Of a DNA stretch of 64,000 nucleotides, positions 1 to 10,690 are shown one piece after another. The translations under genes were made by a program, and so were the position numbers. The notes beneath the pieces are model-generated. The model was not told where the DNA came from, ran no database searches, and saw only the letters and a program-made list of their open reading frames with translations. Every line of letters begins with the position of its first letter. The first letter of the stretch is position 1. The stretch is from Acidothermaceae bacterium (GTDB lineage Bacteria > Actinomycetota > Actinomycetes > Acidothermales > Acidothermaceae), in contig DASVDW010000175.1 in NCBI GenBank assembly GCA_036380925.1, positions 55 through 64,054 of the forward strand, in the 5' to 3' direction.

Positions 1-1170
1 CTGGTCGCGGGCGTGCCGCAATGGGGCCCGCCTTGGGCGCCGCTGGTCGCCTTCTTGTTCGTGTGGGCGCTGTATCTGTCGATCGTCAACGTCGGCCAGA
101 TCTTCTACGCGTTCGGCTGGGAGTCACTGCTGCTCGAGGCGGGCTTTCTAGTGGCGTTTCTCGGCTCTGACGCGGTGGCGCCGCCGGTCACCGTGATTTG
201 GCTGGCGCGCTGGTTGGTGTTTCGACTCGAGTTCGGCGCCGGGCTCATCAAGATGCGCGGCGACCCGTGCTGGCGCGACCTGACCTGCCTGTACTACCAC
301 CACGAGACGCAGCCGATGCCGGGCCCGTTGTCGTGGTACTTCCATCGGCTGCCTGGCGCGTTGCACCGGGTTGAGGTCGGTGCCAACCACTTCGCGCAGT
401 TGGTCGTGCCGTTCGCGCTGTTCTGCCCGCAGCCGGTGGCCTCGGTCGGCGCGGCGGTTGTCATCGTGACGCAGCTGTGGCTTGTGTTGTCGGGCAACTT
501 CTCTTGGCTGAACTGGGCGACCATCGTGTTGGCGTTCTCCGCGATTGACGACGCGTCGTTGAGTTGGTTGTTCGGCGGGTACACGCATCCGCGCGTCGGC
601 GCCACGCCGCTGTGGTTTGTGGCGGTGGTGCTGGCGTTCACCGCCGGTATCGTTGTCTTGAGCTACTGGCCGGCGCGAAACCTGTTGTCTCGCAGGCAAT
701 TGATGAACGCCGGCTTCAACCCGCTGCACCTGGTCAACGCGTACGGCGCGTTCGGCAGCATCACCCGACATCGGAACGAGATCGTCGTCGAGGGAACATC
801 CGATCTCGATGGTGACTGGCGCGAGTACGAGTTCAAGGGCAAGCCGGGTGACGTGCGCCGTCGTCCAAAGCAGTTCGCTCCATACCATCTGCGGCTCGAC
901 TGGTTGATGTGGTTCGCGGCGATGTCGTCACCGCAGGCGCATCGGTGGTTCACGCCGCTCGTCGTCCATCTGCTGGAGAACGACGCGCGGGTGACAAAAT
1001 TGCTGCGTCACAACCCGTTTCCCGACACGCCGCCGACGCACATCCGGGCGCGGCTGTATCGGTACGAGTTCACGACGTACCGCGAGCGGCGGGCGACGGG
1101 CGCCTGGTGGAAGCGGACGCTCGTGACCGAGTACCTGCCGACGGTGACACTTCGCGACGCGCGCCGCTGA
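1..1170 (+). CDS. lipase maturation factor (LMF1-like) family membrane protein, 5' end probably outside window
   Basis: The frame of ORF 13..1170 stays open back to base 1. Hydrophobic polytopic N-half plus C-half motifs (YEFKGKPGD, PYHLRLDWLMWFAAM) resemble bacterial LMF-family proteins. Confidence 0.7.
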   Translation: MVAGVPQWGPPWAPLVAFLFVWALYLSIVNVGQIFYAFGWESLLLEAGFLVAFLGSDAVAPPVTVIWLARWLVFRLEFGAGLIKMRGDPCWRDLTCLYYHHETQPMPGPLSWYFHRLPGALHRVEVGANHFAQLVVPFALFCPQPVASVGAAVVIVTQLWLVLSGNFSWLNWATIVLAFSAIDDASLSWLFGGYTHPRVGATPLWFVAVVLAFTAGIVVLSYWPARNLLSRRQLMNAGFNPLHLVNAYGAFGSITRHRNEIVVEGTSDLDGDWREYEFKGKPGDVRRRPKQFAPYHLRLDWLMWFAAMSSPQAHRWFTPLVVHLLENDARVTKLLRHNPFPDTPPTHIRARLYRYEFTTYRERRATGAWWKRTLVTEYLPTVTLRDARR

Positions 1171-1453
1171 CGCGCTGTCGCTGTCGCACGCACCCTTCTG
1201 TCCTAGGTATCTGTCGCGCCGTTCGGCCGCTGGCCAATCAGCACGGAAACTTCCAGCGCTAGAGCAACGAATTGTTTCCGCGGTGTCTGCAATCGGCCTC
1301 GTCGAGTTGCGCATAACGAGGTTTGCGGGTCCGCGGAGGGCGACGATCGTCTGGCAGCTCGGCCCGGCCTTGCTTCAGACGGGGGCGATCGAAAACGGTC
1401 GTGTGCGCGAAATGCTCGGCCAGCGCCTCGAGCGACGCGCCGTCGTCCGGCAA

Positions 1454-2827
1454 CTAGCGCTTCACGGCTTGGGTGATGAGCGTGCGGCCGAAGTCCCACA
1501 TCAGCCCGGTGCCGCGGTGCGCGTCGTCCATGACGTTGGTGAAGGCCTCGACGAAGAGGTCGACCTCGGCCTCGCTGGTGACCAGCGGCGGGATGAGCTT
1601 GATGATGTCGGCGTGGTCGCCGGCGACCTGGGTCAGCACGCGGTGCCGCTGGAACAGCGGCACGACCACCATCTGCGCGAACAGCCCGTGCCGCGCGGCC
1701 TGCAGCATGTTCCAGCTGGCGCGCAGCTTCATCGACTTCGGCTTGCCGAACTCGATGCCCACCATCAGCCCGCGGCCGCGAACGTCGGCGAGCAACTCGT
1801 AGCGGTCGACCAGCGGTTGCAGCCGCTCCAACAACAGCCGCCCAGTCTTCTCGGCGTTTTCGACCAGCCCTTCGTCGTCGACCACCGACAGCGTCGCCAA
1901 GCCGGCGGTCATCGCCATCGCGTTGCCCATGAACGTCGAGGCGTGCACGAAGACGCGGTCCATCGACGAGTAGACCTTGTCGAACACCGCCTTGGTGGCC
2001 ATCGTCGCGCCGATCGGCACGAAGCCGCCCGACAGCGCCTTCGCCACCGCGACGATGTCGGGCTGCACGCCCTCGTGCTCGTAGGCGAAGAACTTGCCGG
2101 TGCGGCCGACGCCGGTTTGCACTTCGTCACAAATCAGCAGCGCGCCGTGCGCCCGCAATTCGGCTTGAGCGGCAGCCATAAACCCGGACGGCGGAATGTT
2201 CACGCCCTTGCCCTGAATCGGCTCCATCAGCAACGCCGCGACGTCGCCCTTGCGCAACTCGCGGCGCAAGGCGTCGAGGTCGCCCATCTGGATCGCGGTG
2301 TCAGGCAGCAACGGCCCGAAGCCGCGGCGGAACTCCTCCGACCCGTTCACCGACAGTGTGCCGAGCGTCAGACCGTGATAGGCGTGGTCGACGTACAAAA
2401 TCCGCGGCTTCCCCGTCGCCGCGCGCGCGAATTTCAAAGCCGCCTCAACGGATTCGGAGCCGCTGTTGCAGAAGAACACCCGGTCGAGTCCTGGCGCGCG
2501 AGCGAGCAGCTTCTCGGCGAAAATCCCCGCCAACAAAGGAGCGTCGAACTGCACCATGTCGGCGAGCCCGGTGTCGAGAAGGTCCTTCAACGCCTTGCGC
2601 ACCACTGGGTGGTTGCGGCCGAGCGCGAAAACGCCGAATCCGGCGAGCATGTCCAGGTAGCGGTTGCCCTCGTTGTCGATCAGGTAGCAGCCGTCCGCAA
2701 GGTCGTAGATCTTGTCGAAGCCGATCGCCCGCAGCACCCGCGGCACCTGCTGGTTGACGTACTTGGCTTGGAGCTCGTAGTTCTCCCCGCGCCTCGCCTC
2801 GAGTAGTTCCCCCAGGTCGAACGCCAT
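1454..2827 (-). CDS. class-III PLP-dependent aminotransferase (acetylornithine/GABA aminotransferase-like)
   Basis: 457 aa ORF. FFCNSGSESVEAALKFAR and ICDEVQTGVGRTGKFFA motifs are typical of class-III aminotransferases. The long antisense ORF 1283..2806 is a GC shadow. Confidence 0.9.
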   Translation of the reverse strand: MAFDLGELLEARRGENYELQAKYVNQQVPRVLRAIGFDKIYDLADGCYLIDNEGNRYLDMLAGFGVFALGRNHPVVRKALKDLLDTGLADMVQFDAPLLAGIFAEKLLARAPGLDRVFFCNSGSESVEAALKFARAATGKPRILYVDHAYHGLTLGTLSVNGSEEFRRGFGPLLPDTAIQMGDLDALRRELRKGDVAALLMEPIQGKGVNIPPSGFMAAAQAELRAHGALLICDEVQTGVGRTGKFFAYEHEGVQPDIVAVAKALSGGFVPIGATMATKAVFDKVYSSMDRVFVHASTFMGNAMAMTAGLATLSVVDDEGLVENAEKTGRLLLERLQPLVDRYELLADVRGRGLMVGIEFGKPKSMKLRASWNMLQAARHGLFAQMVVVPLFQRHRVLTQVAGDHADIIKLIPPLVTSEAEVDLFVEAFTNVMDDAHRGTGLMWDFGRTLITQAVKR

Positions 2828-2849
2828 GCTCGATGCTCCAATCCCTGCC

Positions 2850-3968
2850 TCACACGTACCGCTCGAGGATCGACGACTCCGCGAGTCGCGACAAACCCTC
2901 CCGCACGCTACGCGCTCTGGTCTCGCCGACGCCCTCGACCGCTTGCAGGTCGTCGATGCCCGCCGCCAGCAGCTTCTGCAAGCCGCCGAAGTGGTCGACC
3001 AGCCGGTCGACCACGAGGTTCGGCAGCCGCGGCACCTTGGCGAGCAACCGGTAGCCGCGCGGGCTCACCGGCGCGTCGAGCGCGTCAGCCCCCGCCGAGA
3101 AGCCCATCACGCGGGCGATCGTGCTCATGTCAAGCAGCTCGGACGGCGAGAGATCGTCGAAGTCCCGCAGCACGTCGTCGGCCGTGCGCACCCGCTTCCC
3201 GGTGGAGGTCGGCAGGTAGTCGCGGACGACGAGCTCGCGCTCCGGCTCGACGCCCGCCAGCAACTCGTCGAGTTGCAGGCTGAGCAGCCGGCCGTCGCTG
3301 CCGAGTTCGACGACGTAACCCTCGATCTCGCTGGCGATCCGGCGCACCATCTCCAACCGCTGGGCGACCGCCGCGGCGTCGCGCACGGTGACGAGGTCTT
3401 CGATCTCCAACGCCGACAGGGTTCCGGACACCTCGTCGAGCCGAAGCTTGTAGCGCTCCAGGGTGGCAAGCGCTTGGTTGGCGCGCGACAAAATCGCGCC
3501 GGAGTCGTCGAGCACATAGCGTCGTCCGCCGACGTACAAGGCGATGATGCGCATCGACTGGCTCACCGAGATCACCGGGAAGCCCACCTGACGTGATGTG
3601 CGCTCGGCGGTGCGATGCCGGGTGCCCGACTCGCTCGTCGGGATCGTGGGGTCGGGCTGCAGATGGACGTTCGCCTTGACGATGCGCCCGCCGGTGTTGT
3701 CGAGAATGATCGCGCCGTCCATCTTCGCCAACTCGCGCATCAACGGCGCCGACGTCTCGATGTCGAGATTGAAGCCCCCCGTGCACAGCGACTCGACGGT
3801 CTTGTCGAAGCCGAGCACGATGAGCCCGCCGGTGTTGCCCCGCAGGATGCGCTCAAGCGCGTCACGCAGCTCGGTGCCGGGCGCGATCGTGGCCAAGGTG
3901 GCGCGCAGCCGCTCGTCCGCCACCCGGTCCGCGCGCTCGGCGCGGTCGGACCGTTCGTTGGCTGCCAC
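2850..3968 (-). CDS. disA: DNA integrity scanning protein DisA (diadenylate cyclase)
   Basis: 372 aa. DAC-domain motifs GGLIVLG, DGAIIL and [10 protein letters not shown], plus a C-terminal helix-hairpin-helix region ([15 protein letters not shown]). Lies next to radA as in other actinobacteria. Confidence 0.95.
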   Translation of the reverse strand: MAANERSDRAERADRVADERLRATLATIAPGTELRDALERILRGNTGGLIVLGFDKTVESLCTGGFNLDIETSAPLMRELAKMDGAIILDNTGGRIVKANVHLQPDPTIPTSESGTRHRTAERTSRQVGFPVISVSQSMRIIALYVGGRRYVLDDSGAILSRANQALATLERYKLRLDEVSGTLSALEIEDLVTVRDAAAVAQRLEMVRRIASEIEGYVVELGSDGRLLSLQLDELLAGVEPERELVVRDYLPTSTGKRVRTADDVLRDFDDLSPSELLDMSTIARVMGFSAGADALDAPVSPRGYRLLAKVPRLPNLVVDRLVDHFGGLQKLLAAGIDDLQAVEGVGETRARSVREGLSRLAESSILERYV

Positions 3969-4072
3969 GGTCTCCCTTTACGGCTCGGGCCTGAACAGAT
4001 ACGCGGTCACGCGATGCCGAGATTCTATCCGTCGATCACGCGCGTTACGCGCCCGCGCAGTTGTCAGCTTCA

Positions 4073-5467
4073 TTACGGACGGCGCAGTGGGATCACCGCA
4101 TGCCGGAACGCGCTCGCGATCGCGTGCCGCAAGTCATCGACCTCTGTCACCTGGATGTCGGCGGGGGGGCGCCCGGAATGGGGCGGCGCAAGCGCGTGCG
4201 TGAAGCCGAGCCGGGCCGCCTCTGCGAGCCGTCGCTCGACTCCTTGGACCGGCCGGACTTCGCCGGCCAGGCCGACCTCGCCGACCACGACCAACCCAGC
4301 GGGCAACGGCCGGTCGGCCGCTCCGCTGGCCACCGCCAGGGCGACCGCGAGATCGCTGGCCGGCTCGGTCAGCCGCACACCGCCGACCGTGGCGGTGAAC
4401 ACGTCGGCGTTGTGCAGCGACACCTCCGCGCGGCGTTCGGTGACCGCGAGCACCATCGAAACCCGCGCGGCGTCGAGACCGGACGTCGAGCGGCGCGGCG
4501 TGGCCAGGGTTGATCGCGCGACCAGCGCCTGCACCTCGGCGACCACCGGACGACGACCCTCCAAGGCGACGGTGACGCAGGTGCCGGGCACCGGGTCGTT
4601 GCGACGGGTGAGAAACAGCCCGCTCGGGTCGGCGAGACCGACGATTCCGCGCTCCCCGAGATCGAAGCAGCCGACCTCGTCGCACGCCCCGTAGCGGTTC
4701 TTGACGGCCCGCACGAGTCGCAGCCGGGAGTGCCGCTCACCTTCGAACTGCAAGACGACGTCGACCAGGTGCTCGAGAACTCGCGGACCGGCGATCGAGC
4801 CGTCCTTCGTCACGTGACCGACGAGCACGGTGGCGATCCCGCGATCTTTGGCCACCGCGATCAACGCGCTCGCCACCTGGCGGACCTGGGTGACCCCGCC
4901 AGCGGCGCCGTCGACCTCCGCGACGGCCATGGTCTGCACCGAGTCGACGACGAGCAGGCTCGGTGCGACGTCGTCAATGTGCTTCAAGACCGCGCCGATG
5001 TCGGTCTCGGCGGCCAAGTACAGGTGTGGCGACAGGGCGCCGACGCGATCGGCCCGCAACCGCACCTGCGCCCGCGACTCCTCACCGGTGACGTAAAGCG
5101 TCGGGGTCTCGCGGGTGGCGAACTTCGCCGCGACGTCAAGCAGCAACGTCGACTTGCCAACGCCCGGCTCCCCGGCCAGCAGCACGACGACGCCCGGCAC
5201 CAGCCCGCCGCCGAGAACGCGGTCGAGCTCGTCGACGCCGGTCGGCCGGCTGCGCGCCGCTTCGGCGTCGATCTCGGCGATCGGCTGGGCGGCGGCGGTG
5301 ACGGCGGATGTCGCGACCGTTCGCAATCGCGGAGCGCCGATCTCCTCGACCGCCCCCCACGCCTGGCACTCACCGCACCGGCCGACCCACTTCACCGACT
5401 CCCACCCGCATTCGCCGCACCGATAGCTCGGACGTGGCGGGGTGGCCCTACCGGCGGTTCTTGGCAT
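4073..5467 (-). CDS. radA: DNA repair protein RadA/Sms
   Basis: 464 aa. N-terminal zinc ribbon YRCGECGWESVKWVGRCGECQAWG, Walker A GEPGVGKST, KNRFG-type motif VKNRYGA, and a Lon-like C-terminal domain. Confidence 0.95.
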   Translation of the reverse strand: MPRTAGRATPPRPSYRCGECGWESVKWVGRCGECQAWGAVEEIGAPRLRTVATSAVTAAAQPIAEIDAEAARSRPTGVDELDRVLGGGLVPGVVVLLAGEPGVGKSTLLLDVAAKFATRETPTLYVTGEESRAQVRLRADRVGALSPHLYLAAETDIGAVLKHIDDVAPSLLVVDSVQTMAVAEVDGAAGGVTQVRQVASALIAVAKDRGIATVLVGHVTKDGSIAGPRVLEHLVDVVLQFEGERHSRLRLVRAVKNRYGACDEVGCFDLGERGIVGLADPSGLFLTRRNDPVPGTCVTVALEGRRPVVAEVQALVARSTLATPRRSTSGLDAARVSMVLAVTERRAEVSLHNADVFTATVGGVRLTEPASDLAVALAVASGAADRPLPAGLVVVGEVGLAGEVRPVQGVERRLAEAARLGFTHALAPPHSGRPPADIQVTEVDDLRHAIASAFRHAVIPLRRP

Positions 5468-5631
5468 GGGCCAGACGCTAGCCGCAACCGCCGACGAAAC
5501 GCGACGACGCGCGGGCGGCTGTGGGTAAACCGCGCGGAAAGGAAAACTTGCTCATCCGCCGAGTCGCGCCGCCGATAGATGAGGCGATCAGCCAGGAAGG
5601 CGCACGACGACCACGGAAGGGCGGCGCGAAC

Positions 5632-6099
5632 ATGACGATCGATCAGCGGGCGGATGCCGCCCGCGGCGAGGCGATGGAGACCCTCGCCAGCTTGCTGTAC
5701 GACGACCTCACGGTCAGCGAGGTGATCCGTCCGGCGGCGGTGCTCTCGGAGACCAACGCGCGAGTGGTGCTGGCGGCGCTGGAGAGCAACGACGTGAGGC
5801 ACGGTGGTCGGTGGCACGCCGAACCCGGTTGCTGGCGCCTTTATGAGTCGCCGTGGTCGGGCAACGTGGAAACCGCCGCCGACAAAGAGAAGCTGATCGG
5901 CAGCATCCAGGTCGCGTACGGGATGCCGACTCGGTACGAGATCACCATCTTTCGGGCCACGGTCACTGTCATCGGCAGCCGCAAGGGCTACTCGGTCACC
6001 TCGCTGTGCGACGAGGCGCTCTCGTTCGCCGGCATCACCTTGGCGAAATGTCCGCGGGTCGATCTGGTGGCGCCGCCGAAGCCCTTCCGGATGCGCTAG
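5632..6099 (+). CDS. hypothetical protein
   Basis: ATG at 5632 preceded by GGAAGGG; 155 aa; no family recognised. The ORF-track start at 5521 would overlap the radA upstream region. Confidence 0.45.
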   Translation: MTIDQRADAARGEAMETLASLLYDDLTVSEVIRPAAVLSETNARVVLAALESNDVRHGGRWHAEPGCWRLYESPWSGNVETAADKEKLIGSIQVAYGMPTRYEITIFRATVTVIGSRKGYSVTSLCDEALSFAGITLAKCPRVDLVAPPKPFRMR

Positions 6100-6101
6100 C
6101 G

Positions 6102-6440
6102 CTACCGCGCGGTCGGCGGCTGACCGTACTGCTGCGTCGCAGGCGCCGCGTAAGGCTGCTGAGCTGACGGAAAGGTCACGTCGCCAAACGGCGGAGGAGT
6201 GAACCCGGTCGCCGGCGCCCAGGGCTGCGGTGTCGCCGCGCGCTGTGCCGCCTGCTTGCGGCCCGCCCGCTCACCGATGGCGAGCAGGAGTAAGCCGATC
6301 GGCCAGACCAAGAACAAGATGACGCCCCAGAAAATCGGGTCCCATCCCCACGGGGTGCGCCCGTATTGCTTCTCAAACCGCCGGGCTTCCTGCCATCCCG
6401 CGATGGCAAAGAGAACGCCGAGGACAATTGCGATCGGCAT
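6102..6440 (-). CDS. small membrane protein with Pro/Gln-rich tail (hypothetical)
   Basis: 112 aa with two hydrophobic helices (IAIVLGVLFAIAGW, FWGVILFLVWPIGLLLLAI) followed by a proline-rich tail. Confidence 0.5.
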   Translation of the reverse strand: MPIAIVLGVLFAIAGWQEARRFEKQYGRTPWGWDPIFWGVILFLVWPIGLLLLAIGERAGRKQAAQRAATPQPWAPATGFTPPPFGDVTFPSAQQPYAAPATQQYGQPPTAR

Positions 6441-6515
6441 GCGCTTTCCCTTCCTCCGATTTTCCTGTGTATCGGAGGGCGATGAGCTGGCCTTGATCGA
6501 CTTAGCGCTCTTTCT

Positions 6516-7307
6516 TTATGCCGGATCGGCGGGATGCGGCGCGACGGGCAATTTCGTGGAAATCCGCCGCTCACAATGCCGAACAAGCTCGGCATAAGCG
6601 GCAGCGCCCATCATCTCGGTGAGCTCGGGACCGTACGAGACGAAAACCGGCTCGCCCGCGCCATGCGCCTCCGGCGACGAGGTGCACCACCAAGAGAGGT
6701 CGTGGCCGCCGGGGCCCCAGCCGCGCCGGTCGTACTCGCCGATCGAGACGACGAGCATCTTCGTCTCGTCCGGCCGCTCGATCCACTCGAAGGTGCGACG
6801 GATCGGCAACTGCCAGCACACGTCGGGCTTCGTCTCCAGCGGGTGTCGGCCGATTTGCCAGGCGAGGCTGTGCAACGCGCAACCCGCTCCGCCCGCGAAC
6901 CCAGGGCGGTTGAGAAATATGCAGGCGCCGTCGACGCGCCGCGTGCGGCGCTTCCCGTCGTCCAATTCGGTGATGCCGCGCTGGCCCTTTTTGTAGTACT
7001 GCCAGGTCTCGGGGGTGAGTTGCGCGGCGAACTTTCGCACCCGCTGCTCGTCGTCTCTGCCGGAGTAAAAGGCGCCGTGGCTGCAGCATCCGTCATCCGG
7101 GCGGCCAGGAACGATGCCGTGACAACCGGCGCCGAAGATGCACGTCCACCGCGAGGTCAGCCAGGTCAGGTCGCAGCGGAAGAGCTGTTCCGGATCAGCC
7201 GGATCGACGAATTCGACCCAGTCGCGCGCGAAATCCAACGGAATCTCGGCGACGTGGCGCTTCGCGGGCGTGGCCTTCTTCGACCGCTGCTTCGGTGGCA
7301 TGCGCAC
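6516..7307 (-). CDS. conserved cysteine-rich hypothetical protein
   Basis: 263 aa with many spaced Cys/His residues ([39 protein letters not shown]) suggesting metal binding. Family not identified with certainty. Confidence 0.6.
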   Translation of the reverse strand: MRMPPKQRSKKATPAKRHVAEIPLDFARDWVEFVDPADPEQLFRCDLTWLTSRWTCIFGAGCHGIVPGRPDDGCCSHGAFYSGRDDEQRVRKFAAQLTPETWQYYKKGQRGITELDDGKRRTRRVDGACIFLNRPGFAGGAGCALHSLAWQIGRHPLETKPDVCWQLPIRRTFEWIERPDETKMLVVSIGEYDRRGWGPGGHDLSWWCTSSPEAHGAGEPVFVSYGPELTEMMGAAAYAELVRHCERRISTKLPVAPHPADPA

Positions 7308-7350
7308 AGACTAGGGCTCGCCACCGCGACGGCCGACGTAGGCTCGGCTC

Positions 7351-8169
7351 ATGACGGACGACGGACCGCTGGCGCGAAGCACGCCGAAGATCGCGCTGTC
7401 GACCTCGGCGGTTTGGCCCGAACCGACAGCGGTCGCGTTCGAGATCGCGGAGCGGCTCGGGTACGACGGCGTGGAGCTGATGGTCTCCGGTGATCCGCTG
7501 AGCCAGGACACCGACACGATCCAGCGGCTGGTCGACTACCACCAGACCCCTGTCCTGTCGGTTCACTCGCCCTGTCTGCTGATCAGCCAACGGGTGTGGG
7601 GAGTGGAGCCCTGGGCCAAGTTGATGCGCTCGCAGATCGCCGCCGAACGGCTCGGCGCCAAGGTGGTGGTGACCCATCCGCCGTTTCGCTGGCAACGTTC
7701 TTACGCTCGCGGTTTCGCGAAGGGCATCGAGCGCATGCACGACGAGACCGACGTCGTGTTCGCGGTCGAGAACATGTTTCCGCAGCGCGGTCCAGGCGGC
7801 GTCGAGATCAGCAGCTACTCGCCGTCTTGGTCACTGCGCGACGCCGATTACCCGCACATCACGCTCGACATCTCTCACGCGGCCGTGGCGCGGGTGAGCG
7901 CGCTCGAGCTGATGGACGCGTACGGCGACCGGCTGGCGCATGTGCATCTGGCCGACGGCACCGGCTCGCGCAACGACGAGCACCTGGTCCCCGGCCGCGG
8001 GGGTCAGCCCTGCGCGCAAGTGCTCGAGCGATTGGCGCGCGACGGCTATGGGGGCGTCGTCGTCCTCGAAGTGAACACCCGGCGGGCCGCGACGCACGAC
8101 GAGCGAGTGGCCGATCTCGCCGAATCGCTGAGTTTTGCGCGGGAGGCGCTCGCGGTCGCGTCGGCGTAG
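7351..8169 (+). CDS. sugar phosphate isomerase/epimerase (xylose isomerase-like TIM barrel)
   Basis: 272 aa. [20 protein letters not shown] and HVHLADG motifs are typical of the AP-endonuclease-2/xylose-isomerase TIM-barrel family. Confidence 0.8.
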   Translation: MTDDGPLARSTPKIALSTSAVWPEPTAVAFEIAERLGYDGVELMVSGDPLSQDTDTIQRLVDYHQTPVLSVHSPCLLISQRVWGVEPWAKLMRSQIAAERLGAKVVVTHPPFRWQRSYARGFAKGIERMHDETDVVFAVENMFPQRGPGGVEISSYSPSWSLRDADYPHITLDISHAAVARVSALELMDAYGDRLAHVHLADGTGSRNDEHLVPGRGGQPCAQVLERLARDGYGGVVVLEVNTRRAATHDERVADLAESLSFAREALAVASA

Positions 8170-8227
8170 CTGTTCGCCTTCCTCCGGCGTACGGTTTCGA
8201 CGGGCGATCGCGCGCGGGAGGTGCGCC

Positions 8228-8953
8228 TTGGATGCCGTGGTTGTGCGCGGACTGCGCGTCACCCGAAGCGGTCGCGAGGTGCTTCATGGCGTCGACGCGA
8301 CGGCGCCGCAGGGCTCGATCACCGGCTTGCTGGGTCCGAGCGGTTCGGGGAAGACGACGCTGATGCGCTGCCTGGTCGGCGTGCAGATCATCAGCGCCGG
8401 GAGCGTCGAGGTGCTCGGACGGCCAGCCGGCGACCCTGAGCTTCGGTCGCGAGTCGGTTACGTGACGCAGTCGCCGTCGGTCTACCCCGACCTCACCGTG
8501 GCCGAGAACCTCCGCTATTTCGCGGCCGTGGCCGGCGCGCCGGCGACGGACGTCGAGCGGGTCGTCTCCCAGGTCGACCTGACCTCGCATGTCCGAAGCG
8601 TCGTCGGCACGCTGTCGGGCGGGGAGCGCGCGCGGGTGTCGCTCGCGACCGCGCTGATGGGCCGCCCCGAGTTGCTCGTTCTCGATGAGCCGACCGTCGG
8701 CCTCGATCCGGTGCTGCGGCGCGACCTTTGGCGACTGTTCGCGGAGTTGGCGTCGAGCGGTGTCACGCTGCTGATCTCGAGCCACGTGATGGACGAGGCG
8801 CAGCACTGCGAGCGGCTCCTGCTGTTGCGGGACGGTTCGCTGCTCGCGCAGGGGTCGCCCGAGCAGTTCCGTCGCCGGACCGGAGCCGACGATCTAGAGG
8901 AGGTCTTCCTCCGGCTCATCGAAGCGAGCGCGGCCAGCGAGGTGCGGTCATGA
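8228..8953 (+). CDS. ABC transporter ATP-binding protein (ABC-2/DrrA-like exporter)
   Basis: Walker A GPSGSGKTT, signature LSGGERARV, Walker B LLVLDEPTVGLD. The start is uncertain (TTG 8228 or GTG 8237); the ORF-track start at 8135 overlaps the previous gene. Confidence 0.85.
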   Translation: MDAVVVRGLRVTRSGREVLHGVDATAPQGSITGLLGPSGSGKTTLMRCLVGVQIISAGSVEVLGRPAGDPELRSRVGYVTQSPSVYPDLTVAENLRYFAAVAGAPATDVERVVSQVDLTSHVRSVVGTLSGGERARVSLATALMGRPELLVLDEPTVGLDPVLRRDLWRLFAELASSGVTLLISSHVMDEAQHCERLLLLRDGSLLAQGSPEQFRRRTGADDLEEVFLRLIEASAASEVRS

Positions 8954-9687
8954 GCGGAGCCGTGACCTTGGCGACGGCTCGCCGCGTGCTGCAGCAGTTG
9001 CGCCGCGACCCGCGCACGGTAGCCCTTTTGATTGTGGTGCCCGCGCTGCTCATGACCTTGTTCCGGTGGGTTTTGAACGACCAGCGGGTGGCTTTCAACC
9101 GCATCGGTGCGCCGGTGTTCGGCGTTTTCCCGATGATCGTGATGTTCGTCGTCGCGTCGGTCGCGACGCTGCGCGAGCGGCGCACCGGCACCTTGGAGCG
9201 GTTGCTGACGATGCCGATGCACAAGCTCGATCTGCTGCTTGGGTACGGGATCGCCTTCGGCGCGGCCGCGATCGCGCAGGTCGGCGTCTGTCTGCTGCTC
9301 ACAATTGGTCCGCTCGGCCTGCGGGTGAGCGGCAGCGGGTGGCTGCTGTTCTTGATCGGTGTGTGCTCCGCGCTTCTCGGCATGGCGTTGGGCCTGCTGC
9401 TTTCGGCCTTCGCGGGAAGCGAGTTCCAGGCGGTCCAGTTCATGCCCGCCGTGATGTTCCCTCAACTGCTGCTGTGCGGTCTCGTCACGCCCCGGGACAA
9501 GATGGATTCGGTGCTGCACGGCGTCTCAGACGCGCTGCCGATGACGTACGCGGTCGACGCGCTGCAACGGGTCACGAGGACGGCGCGGGTTGACGGCCAG
9601 CTTGTCGTCGACTTGGTCGTGCTCGCCCTTGTCGCCGTCGCGGCGCTCGCGCTCGGGGCCGCGACCCTGCGTCGCCGAACCGCCTGA
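8950..9687 (+). CDS. ABC-2 type transporter permease
   Basis: ATG 8950 overlaps the ATPase stop (ATGA). About 245 aa with six predicted TM helices, typical of an ABC-2 permease partner. Confidence 0.85.
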   Translation: MSGAVTLATARRVLQQLRRDPRTVALLIVVPALLMTLFRWVLNDQRVAFNRIGAPVFGVFPMIVMFVVASVATLRERRTGTLERLLTMPMHKLDLLLGYGIAFGAAAIAQVGVCLLLTIGPLGLRVSGSGWLLFLIGVCSALLGMALGLLLSAFAGSEFQAVQFMPAVMFPQLLLCGLVTPRDKMDSVLHGVSDALPMTYAVDALQRVTRTARVDGQLVVDLVVLALVAVAALALGAATLRRRTA

Positions 9688-9756
9688 GGTGCGCGCCCGT
9701 GGCGGCGCTCACCGCGTAGCCTGGGGCGGCCGGTTGGCGGAGCGGAAGGAGAACGG

Positions 9757-10686
9757 GTGCTGCGCCGCATGCTGCTGTCGGCTGCCGAGAGCGGCCGCCT
9801 GAGGAAGGCCGTCGTGCGAGCGCCGCTGTCGCGCGGCGTGGTCCGCCGGTTCGTCGCCGGTGAGAACGTCGACGCCGCGCTCGCGGCGACGCGTCAGCTG
9901 GTCGCTCAGGGCCTGCTCGCGACCATCGACCGGCTTGGTGAGGCGACCACCGACGCTGATCAGGCGCGCGCCACCGCCGACGCCTACGTCGAGCTCTTAG
10001 GGCGCGTGGCCGACGCCCAACTGTCCGCGTTCGCCGAGGTCTCGCTGAAGCTCTCGTCGCTCGGGCAGGCGTTGCCGCGCGACGGCGAGCAGATCGCGCT
10101 CGACCAGGCGCGTCGGGTCTGCGCCGCCGCAGCGGCCGCCGGCACCACGGTGACGCTCGACATGGAAGACCACACCACCACCGACAAAACCCTTGCCGCG
10201 TTGAAGGAACTGCGGATTGACTTTCCCGACACCGGCGCCGTCGTGCAGGCATACCTGCGTCGAACCGAGGCGGACTGTCGCGACCTGTCAGGTGAGGGAA
10301 GCCGCATCCGGTTGTGCAAGGGCGCGTATCGCGAGCCGGCTTCGGTGGCTTTTCAAGACCAGGCGGACGTCGACCGCTCGTACGTCCGTTGTCTGCGCAT
10401 TCTCATGCGCGGTGCGGGATACCCCATGGTGGCGACGCACGACCCGCGGCTCATCGCGATCGCGGGGGCGATGGCGTTGCAAGCCGGGCGCGAGCGCGGC
10501 GAGTACGAGTACCAGCTGCTCTACGGTGTGCGGCCGGACGAGCAGCGTCGGCTCGCCGCCAAGGGCGAGAAGACAAGGGTGTATCTGCCGTACGGCTCCG
10601 AGTGGTATCGGTACCTGATGCGCCGGCTGGCCGAACGCCCGGCCAACGTAGCGTTTTTCCTCCGAGCGGTTGCGAGCAAAGGATGA
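9757..10686 (+). CDS. proline dehydrogenase (monofunctional PutA-like)
   Basis: 309 aa with GTG start. TLDMEDH, VQAYLRR, RLCKGAY, ATHDP and LYG motifs are characteristic of the proline dehydrogenase family. Confidence 0.85.
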   Translation: MLRRMLLSAAESGRLRKAVVRAPLSRGVVRRFVAGENVDAALAATRQLVAQGLLATIDRLGEATTDADQARATADAYVELLGRVADAQLSAFAEVSLKLSSLGQALPRDGEQIALDQARRVCAAAAAAGTTVTLDMEDHTTTDKTLAALKELRIDFPDTGAVVQAYLRRTEADCRDLSGEGSRIRLCKGAYREPASVAFQDQADVDRSYVRCLRILMRGAGYPMVATHDPRLIAIAGAMALQAGRERGEYEYQLLYGVRPDEQRRLAAKGEKTRVYLPYGSEWYRYLMRRLAERPANVAFFLRAVASKG

Positions 10687-10690
10687 GGCA

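Noticed and set aside
1283-2806. 507-aa plus-strand ORF antisense to the aminotransferase gene. Other very long antisense ORFs of the same kind are 8515..9519, 17628..19202, 18293..19747, 42876..44186 and 57133..58860.
   Set aside because: These are typical stop-codon-poor shadow frames of ~70% GC DNA. Their translations are Arg/Ala/Gly/Pro-rich with no recognisable motifs, while the opposite strand encodes clearly conserved proteins.
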